Source of the DNA: Eledone cirrhosa
Lineage: Eukaryota
DNA length: 64,000 nucleotides
Direction: 5' to 3'
NCBI GenBank assembly: GCA_964016885.1
Contig: OZ024753.1
Coordinates: forward strand, 1,984,001 to 2,048,000
How positions within the stretch are numbered: the first letter of the stretch is position 1; the number at the start of each line of letters is the position of its first letter. The notes beneath the pieces are model-generated. The model worked only from the letters and a program-made list of their open reading frames with translations. It was not told the origin of the DNA and did no database searches. Positions 38,161 through 50,300 of the stretch are shown piece by piece. The position numbers were made by a program, and so were the translations under genes.

Positions 38161-40184
38161 TCTTCTCCCAAATGTGTTGCCTTCAAAAGTGGCTTCCAAA
38201 ACATAGCCAAAAAATAAAAAATAACCTGCTAGCAGTTTCCTTCCGACTAGAAGGTCATTATTACTAAGAGGTTAGTAATAATGACCTGCCTCATACAAGA
38301 CCCACATCCTAGAAACCTAGGACCGGGAAGAATAGCAAGAGGACTCCTACCATATTCCATCCTGTATCCAAGCACAAGTATGATTTAGGACTCGGGTACA
38401 ACTCAGTCGCACCGAGCAAAATATTAAAAATATTAGGCAAATGCCGGTTTATAGACCAAAAGATGAATTATATGTCTTTTAGTACATTCTTAGTCAACCT
38501 AGTGATTAAATTGCAAACCCCCAGTACCTAGAGGATAATAACCCTCTCGTGCCCCTACACTACACCTGTGATGCCAGTCACCACACCACAATCAATCACT
38601 GAGTAATCAAGCTCTTAAACCAAACAACAGTCATAGTTACTCCTGTAGTTTACTTGCACTTAGTTGAATTTCTTGAGTTTGACATTTGGAACACTAAGCA
38701 GAAATGACATCATGTCTGGGCTTGGTTGACTATGAGATGCTCTGTTTTAAGTTGGATTCCCCCGGTTTGTACCAGTTCTGAGTCAACAGTTTGCCGCCTG
38801 CTGTGCATCACGGCAACCCTGCCACCACCTACGAGGAAGGGAGTAGGGAGAAAAACCGACATACCAGCATGTCTGAAGTCATGTCCTGGGTGTGGAGCCA
38901 TGTTCACATCCACTAAGACCCATACATCACAAAAAAACAACAGCCACTGCCATTCCCTCCTCAAAGAGAAAATGTTTGTGTAGCCACTGCCAATATGAAA
39001 GACTACAATTTGAAGAAACAGCCAGGCAACAAAAGGACCGCCACATGCATTCTGTGCTTCCTTTCTCTCCACCATTTCGGTCTCCAAAGGTCTCATTTGA
39101 ATATTTGCTACTACTACCTAGATCTACACCTGCGGTTGGCTTCACCCAGGCTGCATGTACAGCACGTGCAGCGCCCTTCTACTTGACCAGACAGGTCTAA
39201 CTCCTGTAGCAGATAGGATGAAATGGTCACCAAAGAAGAGATAGAAGAGCTCCCGATAAGCCCACCAAGCAAAGTGGTAGAGCTGTAGGGCTCTCTCCTT
39301 TATTGATAGAACTAAAGGCTTTCTTGAGATCAAGTTTGAGAATAACCTTATAATAATACATGGATCCAGGAAGAAAACACTCACAGGAAAAGGTCACAGA
39401 CGAAATGTCACAACACCCTTACCATAACCCTCTGAGTTGTGGATTCATTTTTCTCTTATTTTATTTATATATTTTTTACTTGAGGTTTTATTACCGGTCA
39501 TCTATTAAATGTTTTTTATAACCCTCTTGTTTCTCTCCATGTGAAAACCGGTTCCCTCACATTTTCCCTAAAACAGCTCCCGGGTCGGTGACCACCACAG
39601 CTCTCAACATTGGACGATCACCAAACTTAAAGAAAGCTGTCAATGCCAAATTTGACATTAAAAGGGCTGTTCACCCCCTCTCGTCTCCCTCGCACAGTGT
39701 AATTCAAACTCTCTCAAACGGTGCTTTTATCAGCAGTGGTTCCTTTAATAACATATACACACACCCAAACGCGCGATGTGCGTGTATGAAACAAATATTT
39801 TCTCTCGTCAAATTTTAATTATGTTTATAATCTACAAACACTTAAAGATTCCACTCTGACTGCTCTTCAAATAAATGAAATACATGTTTTTTTTTTCTTT
39901 TGTTTTTGTTATTCGAAAGTATTTCTTTCTTGTGGTTTAGCTCCAGGTCAAACCTTATTAAACAAACTTATGATCAAAGGCATTCCAGCCATGACCATGC
40001 GGTCTTTTAGTATATCTATAACCACATTCTTCGATGGAGCTTTCACGTTTTTAAGATGTAGCGGTTCCACTTACTTGCTTGTCTTTTGATACGTCAGCTT
40101 GCATTGTTGTTCGTCTGAAGCATCAAATGTGGCAAACTGGTCTAAGTAATTACTACACGCCAACAAAAGTTGTCTGCATTGAAA

Positions 40185-40359
40185 ATGGCGGTGTTAAGTG
40201 TTTACATTATTAACAAGGCTGGTGGACTTATCTATCAATATGATCAGAATTCAAACAGACCTGAAGTTGAGAAAACATTTGGTTTCCCTCTAGATATTGT
40301 TCTGAAAGTTCATGATGATAAAGTAGTAGTTTCTTTTGGTGAACGAGACGGCGTTAAAG
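40185..40359 (+). CDS. TRAPPC4: Trafficking protein particle complex subunit 4, exon 1
   Basis: [20 protein letters not shown]...[11 protein letters not shown]...[11 protein letters not shown]|gtttgt. Confidence 0.95.
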
Positions 40360-42326
40360 GTTTGTGTAACTTCCTACTAAATCGTTGTATCTTTCATCTC
40401 TTATACTATGATCTAATTTATTGATATTTCACTCCTTAATTTATTGTACATATAACGTAAACTCTACTTCATATTATACTCTAACGTCTCTGTCTGCCTC
40501 TCTTTAAATTTACATTTACAAGTGTACCTAAAATTTGAAATTCAAATCAATATTATGATAGGCGTTACGGTGTTTGTAAGTGTAGATAATGGTAAGACGG
40601 ATATTTGTAAGCTGGGAGTTGCTTCTGATTTTTATTCCATAGTTATTATTAAACCGAACAGAAAACTATTTCATTTCTGCTGTTTTTAAAGTGTTTAAGA
40701 ACAACGAGAAATGTTTTCTATTTATTGTCTTATTGATTATATAGGATAAGATACAATTGTTCTTTTACTGGTTCAGTCACTAGACTTGGGTACCGCCTTG
40801 AAAGGATTTAGTCTATCATATCGACCACAGTATTTATTTATTCAAGACTAGTACTTAATTTGTCGATTTCTTTTTGACTAACCTTTAAGTTACCGGACAT
40901 AACCAGCCAGTTAACGTAAACACATTCACACATCATCATCATCGCCGTCTTACGACTATTTTCCATGCTTGCATGGGTTAGACAGATTGTCATATTCCGA
41001 AGCTAGATAGGTCATATGACCGTATCTTGCCCATACGTTTCATTTTGGCATGATTTCTTCTGATGGATGCCCTTCCTAACACCAACTAGTATACCGTTCG
41101 TTTTCTCTTGGTACAAGCACTAGTAGACTGGGTGCATTTTATCGACACTAGCATTACTACTTTACAGAGTAGGATGGGTGCATGTTATTGTGACACCATC
41201 AGTGCTACTTTACAGAATAGGATGGGTGCATTTTATTGTGACACCAGCACTACCACTATACAGTGGGATGAGTGCATTTTATTGCGGCACCAGCTCTTGT
41301 TAGTCTAGATGGACTCTTGTACATTTGCATAGGTGAACCTGAGGCTATAGCAGAAGACACTTTCTCAATGTATCATACAGTAGGACTATATCCAAAACCA
41401 GAGGGTTGTGACGCAAACTCCTTAACTATATGAGGAATTTTTATCTAACAATTTATGATTAATTTTCCCATTGTAATCTGTTCTGTAGTCATATGTAGTC
41501 TAAGACAGCATAGAAATTGTCCATGGAATGGATGGTACTAGCGGTTGACTTATGAAGTGTTGGGATAATTTGAAATGTGTGCATCCCATCGCAAATAATC
41601 ACAATAATAATTGATCACTGAAAATAATAGTTGCTCTACTGGTACTGCCAATCCACTGCCCTGGATAGAAAAAAAAAAAAAATTTCAGAACTGGGGTTGA
41701 TTCTTCCTCTATATCACTTACTCATTCTCTTCTTTGGAAGAAATCAGTTGTGTTTAGATCTGCCAGGTTTAAAGGGCCCAAGACGGTACACCTACGACTC
41801 CATCAGGACTATGGGGTCCATACATACATATAACCTTCTCAGTAAAATCAGAATAACAACAGCAGTCCATCTGAGGAAGGAGCCCTGCGAGGTGGGGTGG
41901 CTGTTGCAGAGGGTGTTGTTGGTCATTGTCTGCAGAAATATCTTTACCATTTTGTCCATGGGGCATAGCCAAAACACTGGTCTGTCCTAAGGATAGCGTT
42001 TGTCACCCTCTCCCTTTCTTTCTTCCATTGCCTAATAGTCCTTGCTCTTTCCCCATTTTTCTTCTCATTTATAGCATTTATAGTCCTTTCCAATACTGCT
42101 TTCCTTTTTTGTATGTTTGACTAAAAATTCTTCATTATTTTTATGTAATTTTACCCTCAAAATATATTTGAGTAATTTGAAATAAAAACAGTTAACTAAA
42201 AAAAAAAAGTCATTTTCATTAAGATGAAATATAAAACAAACCAACACAAAAACAATAATGTACACTTGTTGTTGTTGTCCTCAAAATGGCTACATGGTTC
42301 TTCTATTTCATTTTCTCTTTGTCCAG

Positions 42327-42501
42327 TTGGACATACTGTACTTAGTATTAATGGCATTCCTGCTGAAGGTCGATATCTCAAAGATGGCCGAGACATTCTG
42401 GAGCTATTAGCTTGTGAAGAAAATTACCCAATCAACATAAAGTTTGGTCGCCCAAAATTGACAACAAATGAAAGGATTATGCTTGCTAGTATGTTCCACT
42501 C
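42327..42501 (+). CDS. TRAPPC4: TRAPPC4 exon 2
   Basis: [12 protein letters not shown]...[27 protein letters not shown]|gtaagt. Confidence 0.95.
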
Positions 42502-43038
42502 GTAAGTTCACAAATTTATTTCCTCTCTATGTAAATCTAAATTGTGTTTTGCACCGTCTATGAACTTTCAGTATTTCTAGATGTAAGACAATTTTCTATG
42601 ATGGATAAAAACTTATGTGAAAAATTCCGATATATGGGAGTATGCATGAGTGAATCATATAATTATTGTAATAATGTAGTGCTATCTTACTTAAATATTG
42701 TCTTTATGGAAAAGGAGCATTAAATGAGGTAGCTGTGGATACACAGGTGAAACTCCAGAGTAGCAGGACTCAATAAAGAAAATGTTGACACAGGATCAAA
42801 ATTTGTATTATGCAGTAATACAGAAGACTCGCACATGGTCTTAATTAATATGATGGACCTGACTCCAGTATCAGTCTGATCATGACATTAGACTAAAATT
42901 GAACAGATGAACTTTTATGCTTGGTTATAATACTCTTATTATGTGCAGTGAATTGGTAGAGTCATTAGAACTTGTACAGTGAGTAGGTTGAGCAACTACT
43001 TTCGAATTCCATTGTTTGATTGATTTATTTCTTTGTAG

Positions 43039-43142
43039 GCTGTATACCATCAGCTGCCAACTTTCCCCTGAACCTCGTTCTTCTGGAATTGACCTGATAG
43101 AAACAGATACATTTAAACTGCATTGCTTTCAAAGTATGACAG
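43039..43142 (+). CDS. TRAPPC4: TRAPPC4 exon 3
   Basis: [34 protein letters not shown]|gtaagg. Confidence 0.95.
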
Positions 43143-43768
43143 GTAAGGCAACAGCTAAGAGATTTTTGAAGTTTGAACTTGGTAAAGCACTGGAATGTTT
43201 GTAAGCACGATGATGCAAGCCATCCCAGCTTGTTTGATTATGGCAATATTTGTAAACAAGATGCAGATCTTCTGGTCTGCTTGAACATGGTAATACAAGT
43301 ACACAAAATGCAGACTCCTTAATTGATCTGAGAGGTCAATAGCTCAGCTTGTAATTGTAATGACCTACCCAACCATTGTTAGCATGGAAAATGAATGATG
43401 ATGATGACATATCTGGAAAGATACTCCCTTCATATCAACTGTAGATCTTAGTTTTCATGTTTCTCTCAAAGACTGTTTTAATTGATATAACTTTTGGTCA
43501 ACTTCAGATGCTCTAATCCTTCATATACGTTTCAACTCAGAATGGATGTGCATGTTTGGTGTTAGAAAGGGCATCCAGCTGTAGAAACCAAGCCAAAATA
43601 CAGATCTGTATGAGCAGAATGCGATCTCCTGGCCCAACTTGTCTCTTAATGAACATTAAAGATTCCATGCTTTGCCATACTTGCACATTAACATCTCGCT
43701 TCATTTCTCTCCAACCACAAACATTAGAAAGATGATAATTACATTTATTAAATATATTCTTATTTCAG

Positions 43769-43895
43769 GCCTCAAGTTTTTAGCACTAACAGATTTGCGA
43801 CAAATTGGAGTGGAACAGCTACTTAGGAAAATGTATGAAGTCTACTCGGACTATGCATTAAAAAATCCATTTTATTCACTGGATATGCCAATCAG
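43769..43895 (+). CDS. TRAPPC4: TRAPPC4 exon 4
   Basis: GLKFLALTD...[26 protein letters not shown]|gtgagc. Confidence 0.95.
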
Positions 43896-44150
43896 GTGAG
43901 CTAGATAATTATTTTAAGCTTATATGTTTATATTAATATAAAGAATGGCGTGCTTATGAATAGATGCTACAAAATAGGGTGAAGACACTTAAAAGACAAA
44001 GAAGTTGCTCTTGGTTGCTATAGAATAGCATCTTCACACATAAGCACACCATTCTTTATATTAAATTCACCCACTCAGCACTTAATAAAAGTCTGAGAGA
44101 TTAACTACGTATACACAATTTATTTTGTGTTTTTATCTTTTTCATTTTAG

Positions 44151-44220
44151 GTGTACTCTTTTTGAAACCTATCTTCAGGCTTGTATCGAGCAGTCAGAAC
44201 GTGTAGGCATGGGAATGTAA
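44151..44220 (+). CDS. TRAPPC4: TRAPPC4 exon 5 (last)
   Basis: ttttag|CTLFETYLQACIEQSERVGMGM*; joined CDS 651 nt (216 aa). Confidence 0.92.
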
Positions 44221-45272
44221 GAAGACAACACAACATCTATTTCACAAAGAACTAGAATTTGTCAAAAGTAATTTTGTATGTTTGACATTAAAAATGTCTC
44301 ACCTGCTGGATTGGCACTCGAAATAATAATATGTAAGACAATTTAACAGAAAATAGTGTTTTATTAGAAATATATAGTGATACCAAAGATGTTTGGAGTT
44401 GTTTAAAAACTCTAAGGTAACACCCTAATTTCTTTGTCATCACTATATATTACAGTTAATGTCCCATTTGCATTGTGGTAGCTTTCTAATAAAACACTAT
44501 GTTCTATACTTGACACAATGTTTCAAGCAAACTACAACACCCTCTTATATTATCCAGAATACTTATGCTCTTGAACATTCCCAGAGGAGAAAATGTAAAT
44601 AACAAATAAAATATATTGTATTTAATATAGCCAAGATGGTTTGAAGCATGCCTCATTTGTTTTTATTATTTTGCTTTGGCAGTATTGTTAGAACATGCTT
44701 AATTTGTTTTTATTATTTTGCTTTGGCAGTATTGTTAGAACATGCTTTGTGTCATATAGCTATATTCCTTTACTCCTTATGGGATCGCTTTAATTGACTC
44801 CGTGCATAAATCAGAAACCATTATTTGATTTCCCTTACTTTAAAATATGTTTGTAATCAACAGAATACACTTTAATATCTTTTTATTGCTTATTTCAACT
44901 ATAATAAAACACCCAGTAAAGTAGTAATGCTGGAGTCACAATTGATAGTGTTGGTGCTATGACAAAAGCATGCTAGTCATGATAAAATGTTTCCAGTACA
45001 TCATTATTTGGATAAACAAGGAATCAATTGACAAGATCCCACACCTCATTCGCTTACTGAGTGGGGTGGAACTCATCAAATCAGACCAAGAAAACAATGT
45101 TCCATTCCATCTGCCAGTTGCAACATGAAATAAAGTGTCCTGCTCAAGGAATCAACCTCGTGATTGTGAATCCAATTCTCTAACCACTAAGCCACACACC
45201 TTGGATATATAACAGTAATAATGTTTCATAGTGAAGAATAAATACACAATCAAAGGTCTGTTTTAAATTACT

Positions 45273-45391
45273 TTAATTCATTAATTCGTTTAAATAAAAC
45301 TTTCTAGTTATTTCAGAAACATTTATATCATAAATACTAGGTATGGAATCTTCTGAAACTTTTTCTTCACTTTTACTTAAGGCATATTTGT
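45273..45391 (-). CDS. PIGP: GPI-GlcNAc transferase subunit P, last coding exon
   Basis: ttttgcag|DKYALSKSEEKVSEDSIPSIYDINVSEITRKFYLNELMN* matches the PIGP C-terminus (D.YA...IP...DI.ISEV...F); not in the ORF track. Confidence 0.88.
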
Positions 45392-46989
45392 CTGCAAAAG
45401 AAAAATTCAAATAAGGTTTCTTTTAATATCATTTGCTGTAACAAAATATATATAGATTGTTTATACGAGGGTCAGCTGAAAAGTTCATAAATTGACCACA
45501 TGAGGTTTATTTTCCAACCTAGTACCATGAAAGAAACAATGCAGTTAAAATTAATACGTGCAAGATTTCACAGCTCTAGCATCACACCTTCATAGTCAGC
45601 CTGTAAACTTCCAGCTGACCTTTATAAGTTGAATATAATAAATATATAGAATTGACCTCTGTTGGTTTCTATAATGCATGTTCCAGTTCTTTCTTAGTTT
45701 TCTCTGTACTTTAACAGACACCATATCTAATGAGTTAGTTTTATAACAAAAGCTTAAATGATCTTTCAGATATCACAAATTGTTACATCTCTTTGCAAAC
45801 ATATATGGTGGACAGAATAGAGTAGGATGGTGAGGGAGAGCCACTCAGCTCACGAGGCTGAGTGTTCCCATTGTTCAATCAGCCTGCTAGTATAATTAAC
45901 TGAGCAGTCCACAGACACAAGTACCCTTAATATATTATTCTGAAGGTGATTCAATGTAACAGACAAGGCTGGCTCTTTGAATTACAGGTACAGTCCTTCC
46001 AAACAGTTTCTGCCTACCAAATTTCACTCCCAAAGCATGGGTCAACTCAAGACTATGTTAAATGACATTTGTCCAAGCTGCTACACAGTCTAATCAGTGG
46101 ACCTAATGGTTGTGAAATGAACCCCTTAACTATATTCAGCCATGATAAAAAAACAAATACACAATAATATATTGATGTACAGGTGGAAAATTACCAGGAG
46201 CTTTATTAGGGTTCCATGCATTCTGAGTCCAAATCCCACAGGTCAATTTTGTCTTTCATTCTTCCAGGATTGGTATACAAAATGCCAGTTTAAGGTGGTG
46301 GATTGGTAATATTTATTCCAGCATTTTGCATTTCTAGTTAAAGTCCAGCCAAGTTTATTTGGGTGGTAGATTTAACTCTGCCACCTGGCCCCTGAGTGTC
46401 ATTAACAGAGCCTATGCTGTTGCAATTTTTGTGTTAAGTCTTCCACCCACAAAAAGGGTTAAGAGGACTCTAATGTTAGTGATATATCGACAGTTGATCA
46501 ATGTTTCCATTGGTCTTTCCAATTGCTAATACTATCTACCGGTCGTAAATCCAAGTAGAAGGAGCAACGTGAAATAAGGTGTCTTGATCAAGGACATAAC
46601 GCATCGCCCAGCCTGGGAATCAGACTCTCTAACCACTCAGCCATGTGCCTTCACAAAGTGATCTATAAGATAAACAATTCCAGTATACTCTGTGGTTGAG
46701 GATAGAAAACTTACCAAAGAAAAAAAACAAGAGTTGGGAGAGCTCATCAACTGTGTTAAAGACATGACAACCTCTCAAGTGCTGATGCACCTGGTAGAGT
46801 AAGTATGGGCTCAATGAACCCTTGTTACCAGGGAAACAGATGTTAGCCTCCAAAGATGTGATGATATTATCAATACTGAATAGTGTATAATATCTGACAC
46901 ATCATTCATGTCACTAATGGCAACATCAATGATTGTTGCTACAATATTAATCATTTGTGATGATGCTGAGGTATAGCAGTCTTACTTAC

Positions 46990-47108
46990 CAGTAATAGTA
47001 TTGAGAGAATCAAAGCTTTGAGTGTTAAGAAAAACACTGGCAAAATATGCCAAATATCCCAGGAGGACAGCCACTATCAAATAGGCAGGAATAGCAACAG
47101 CCCAATAT
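46990..47108 (-). CDS. PIGP: PIGP penultimate coding exon (upstream exons not in window)
   Basis: tttttgtacag|YWAVAIPAYLIVAVLLGYLAYFASVFLNTQSFDSLNTIT|gtaagt matches PIGP YWAVALP...PLDSIHTITD. Confidence 0.9.
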
Positions 47109-47378
47109 CTGTACAAAAAAAAAACATAACAAAAATTTAAAAGAATATTGTATAATAATAACTTAAGATTTTGTTTCTTCAATCCAAAAGCAATGCCAAT
47201 TGAATCTTCTTGTTCTATTGATATTGCTGCTGATGTTGATAGCAGTAAATTGTACCAGTCCATAAAACAAAACAATGTGTGTGTGTGACGTTAGGAAGGG
47301 TAGCCATGGATACCCGGCCCAAATCAGTTCTGTGTAAGCGAAACATGGTCCTTCGACCTGGATCTCTTATAAGAAGAT

Positions 47379-50300
47379 AACCAAATATAAACACTCTCTC
47401 ACCAACCAAATATAAACACGCTCACCTCTCCTGGAATGAAATTGCGGGTGTGCAAAGTCAGATTAATTTTACAGTCCAGGGGGAAGTAATTGTGTAAACA
47501 AACAGAAACAGAAAGTCCGTACTTGGGCGCTCTACCGGGTCAAAAAATCTCGAACAAAATTAATTACTTAATAACACACGACTATGAAACTTCAACATAT
47601 TCGCCATAAAACATTCACAACTTTATAATAAAACATTGATAAATAAAAAATAACGAAGTAAAGGTAAGACTTCGTGAAATTCAGTTAATGCTCTTCGTGT
47701 TGTTTTGGCAGACTATGTTTGTGTATATATATATGTAAATATACCTGTATACTTGTACATATTTATGTATGCATATACCTATATATAAATTATTGTCTTA
47801 TTTACAAAAAATGTTTATGTTTAATGTTTCATATTGAGTCGTATGGTTTTCTTCCATTTAATCACGACATAACTCTCAATACATGTGTCTCTCTCTGTCT
47901 TTCTTTCCCCTCTCTTACTCTCTCCCATTGTCCCTTCTTTCCTCTCTCTGCCTTACCTTTTATTCACTGAACATACCCCTCTCTCTATCAGTCTGCTTCT
48001 CTCTTCACATGTTACTCCCCTCCTTCCACTACACTATCTCCTTTCTCTCTCTCTTCTCACCAACCAAATATAAACACGCTCACTCCTGGAATGAAATTGC
48101 GGGTGTGCAAAATCAGATCAATTTTACAGTCCAGGGGCAAGTAATTGTGTAAAAAATCTCGAACAAAATTATTTACTTAATAAAATACGACTATGAAACT
48201 TCAACATAATCGCCATAAAAGATTCATAACTTTATAATAAAAAATCGATGAATAAAAAATAACGAAGTAAAGATACGATTGAACACTAAACTTCGTGAAA
48301 TGCCGTAAAAACTATTCGTGAAGTCTTGACAGACGATGTGTGTCTATATATATATACCTGTAAGCATGTATAAATGATTGACTTATTTACAAAAAATATT
48401 TATCTAATATCGTGTTTAATATTTCATATTGTATCGTCTGGTTTTCTTCCATTTAATCACGACATAACTCTCAATACACTTCCCTTCATTTACATGTGTC
48501 TCTCTCTGTCTTTCTTTCCTCTCGCACACAACCTCTCCTTCTCTCTCTCATTGTCTCTTCTTTCCTCTCTCTGGCTTTTATTCATTGAACATACCCCTCT
48601 CTCTATCAGTCTGCTTCTCTCTCTTCTTCTCTGCCTTTCTCTCTTCACCTGTTACTCCCCCCTCCTTCCACTACGCTATCTCCTTTCTCTCTCTCTTCTC
48701 ACCAACCAAATATAAACACGCTCACCTCTCCTGGAATGAAATTGCGGGTGTGCAAAATCAGATCAATTTTACAGTCCAGGGGGAAGTAATTGTGTAAACA
48801 AACAGTAAGACAGGAAGTCCCTACTTGGGCGCTCTACCGGGTAAAAAATCTCGAACAAAATTAATTACTTAATAAAACACGACTATGAAACTTCAACATA
48901 TTCGCCATAAAACATTCACAACTTTATAATAAAACATTGATAAATAAAAAATAACGAAGTAAAGGTAAGACTTCGTGAAATTCCGTTAATGCTCTTCGTG
49001 TTGTCTTGGGAGACTATGTTTGTGTATTATATATGTAAATATACCTGTACACTTGTACATATTTATGTATGCATATACCTATATATAAATTATTGTCTTA
49101 TTTACAAAACTGTTTGTGTTTAATGTTTCATATTGAGTCGTATGGTTCTCTTCCATTTAATCACGACATAACTCTCAATACATCTCCCTCATTTACATGT
49201 GTCTCTGTCTTTCTTTCCCCTCTCTCTATCAGTCTGTTTCTCCGCCGCTCTCTCTTCACATGTTACCCCCTCCTTTCTCTCTCTCTCTTCTCACCTCTCC
49301 TGGAATGAAATTGCGGGTGTACAACTATGAAACTTCAACATAATCACCATAAAACATTCACAACTTTATAATAAAAAAAATAATAAATAAAAATGTAAAC
49401 ATGTATATATTTATGTATGCATATATAAATTATTCTCTTATTTACAAAACTATTTAACTAATATTGTGTCGTCTGGTTTCCTTCCATTTAATTACGACGT
49501 AACTCTGAACACACCTCCCCTTCATTTACATACGGTCTTACTCTCTGTCTCTCTCTCTCCTTACATCTTACCCTCTCTTGTTCTCTCTATTTCTCACCAA
49601 CCAAATATAAACACGGTCACCTCTCACTTCTCTCTCCTAGAATAAATTTGCGGGTGTGCAAAATCAGATCAATTTTACGGTGCAGGGGGAAGTAATTATG
49701 TAAAAAATCTCGAACAAAATTAATTACTTGATAAAATACGACTATGAAACTTCAACATAATCGCCATAAAACATACACAAATTTATAATAAAAAATTAAT
49801 AAATAAAAAATAACGAAGTAAAGGTAAGATTGAACCCTAAACTTCGTGAAATTCCGTTAAAGCTATTAGTGTAGTCTTGGCAGACGATGTGTGTGTGTGT
49901 ATATATATAAATATACCTGTAAACATGTATATATTTATGTATGCATATATAAATTATTCTCTTATTTACAAAACTATTTAACTAATATCCTGTCGTCTGG
50001 TTTCCTTCCATTTAATTACGACATAACTCTGAACACACCTCCCCTTCATTTACATTCTCTCTCTCTCCCCTCTCACGCAGCCTTTACTCTGTTTTTTCTC
50101 TCATTGTCCCTTCTTCGTTCCCTCTCTCTCCCTGTCCTTACATCTGACCCTCTCTTGTTCTCTCTCTTTCTCACCAACCAAATATAAACACGCTCACCTC
50201 TCAGTTCTCTCTCCTAGAATAAATTTGCGGGTGTGCAAAATCAGATTAATTTTACAGTCCAGGGGGACGTAATTGTGTAAACAAACAGAGTGACAGGAAG

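Noticed and set aside
44645-44727. 45-bp direct duplication between TRAPPC4 and PIGP
   Set aside because: Simple local tandem duplication with no functional signal
46858-46905. C/D box-like GTGATGA...CTGA with flanking complementarity
   Set aside because: Only ~40 nt and antisense to the host PIGP intron, so unlikely to be a snoRNA
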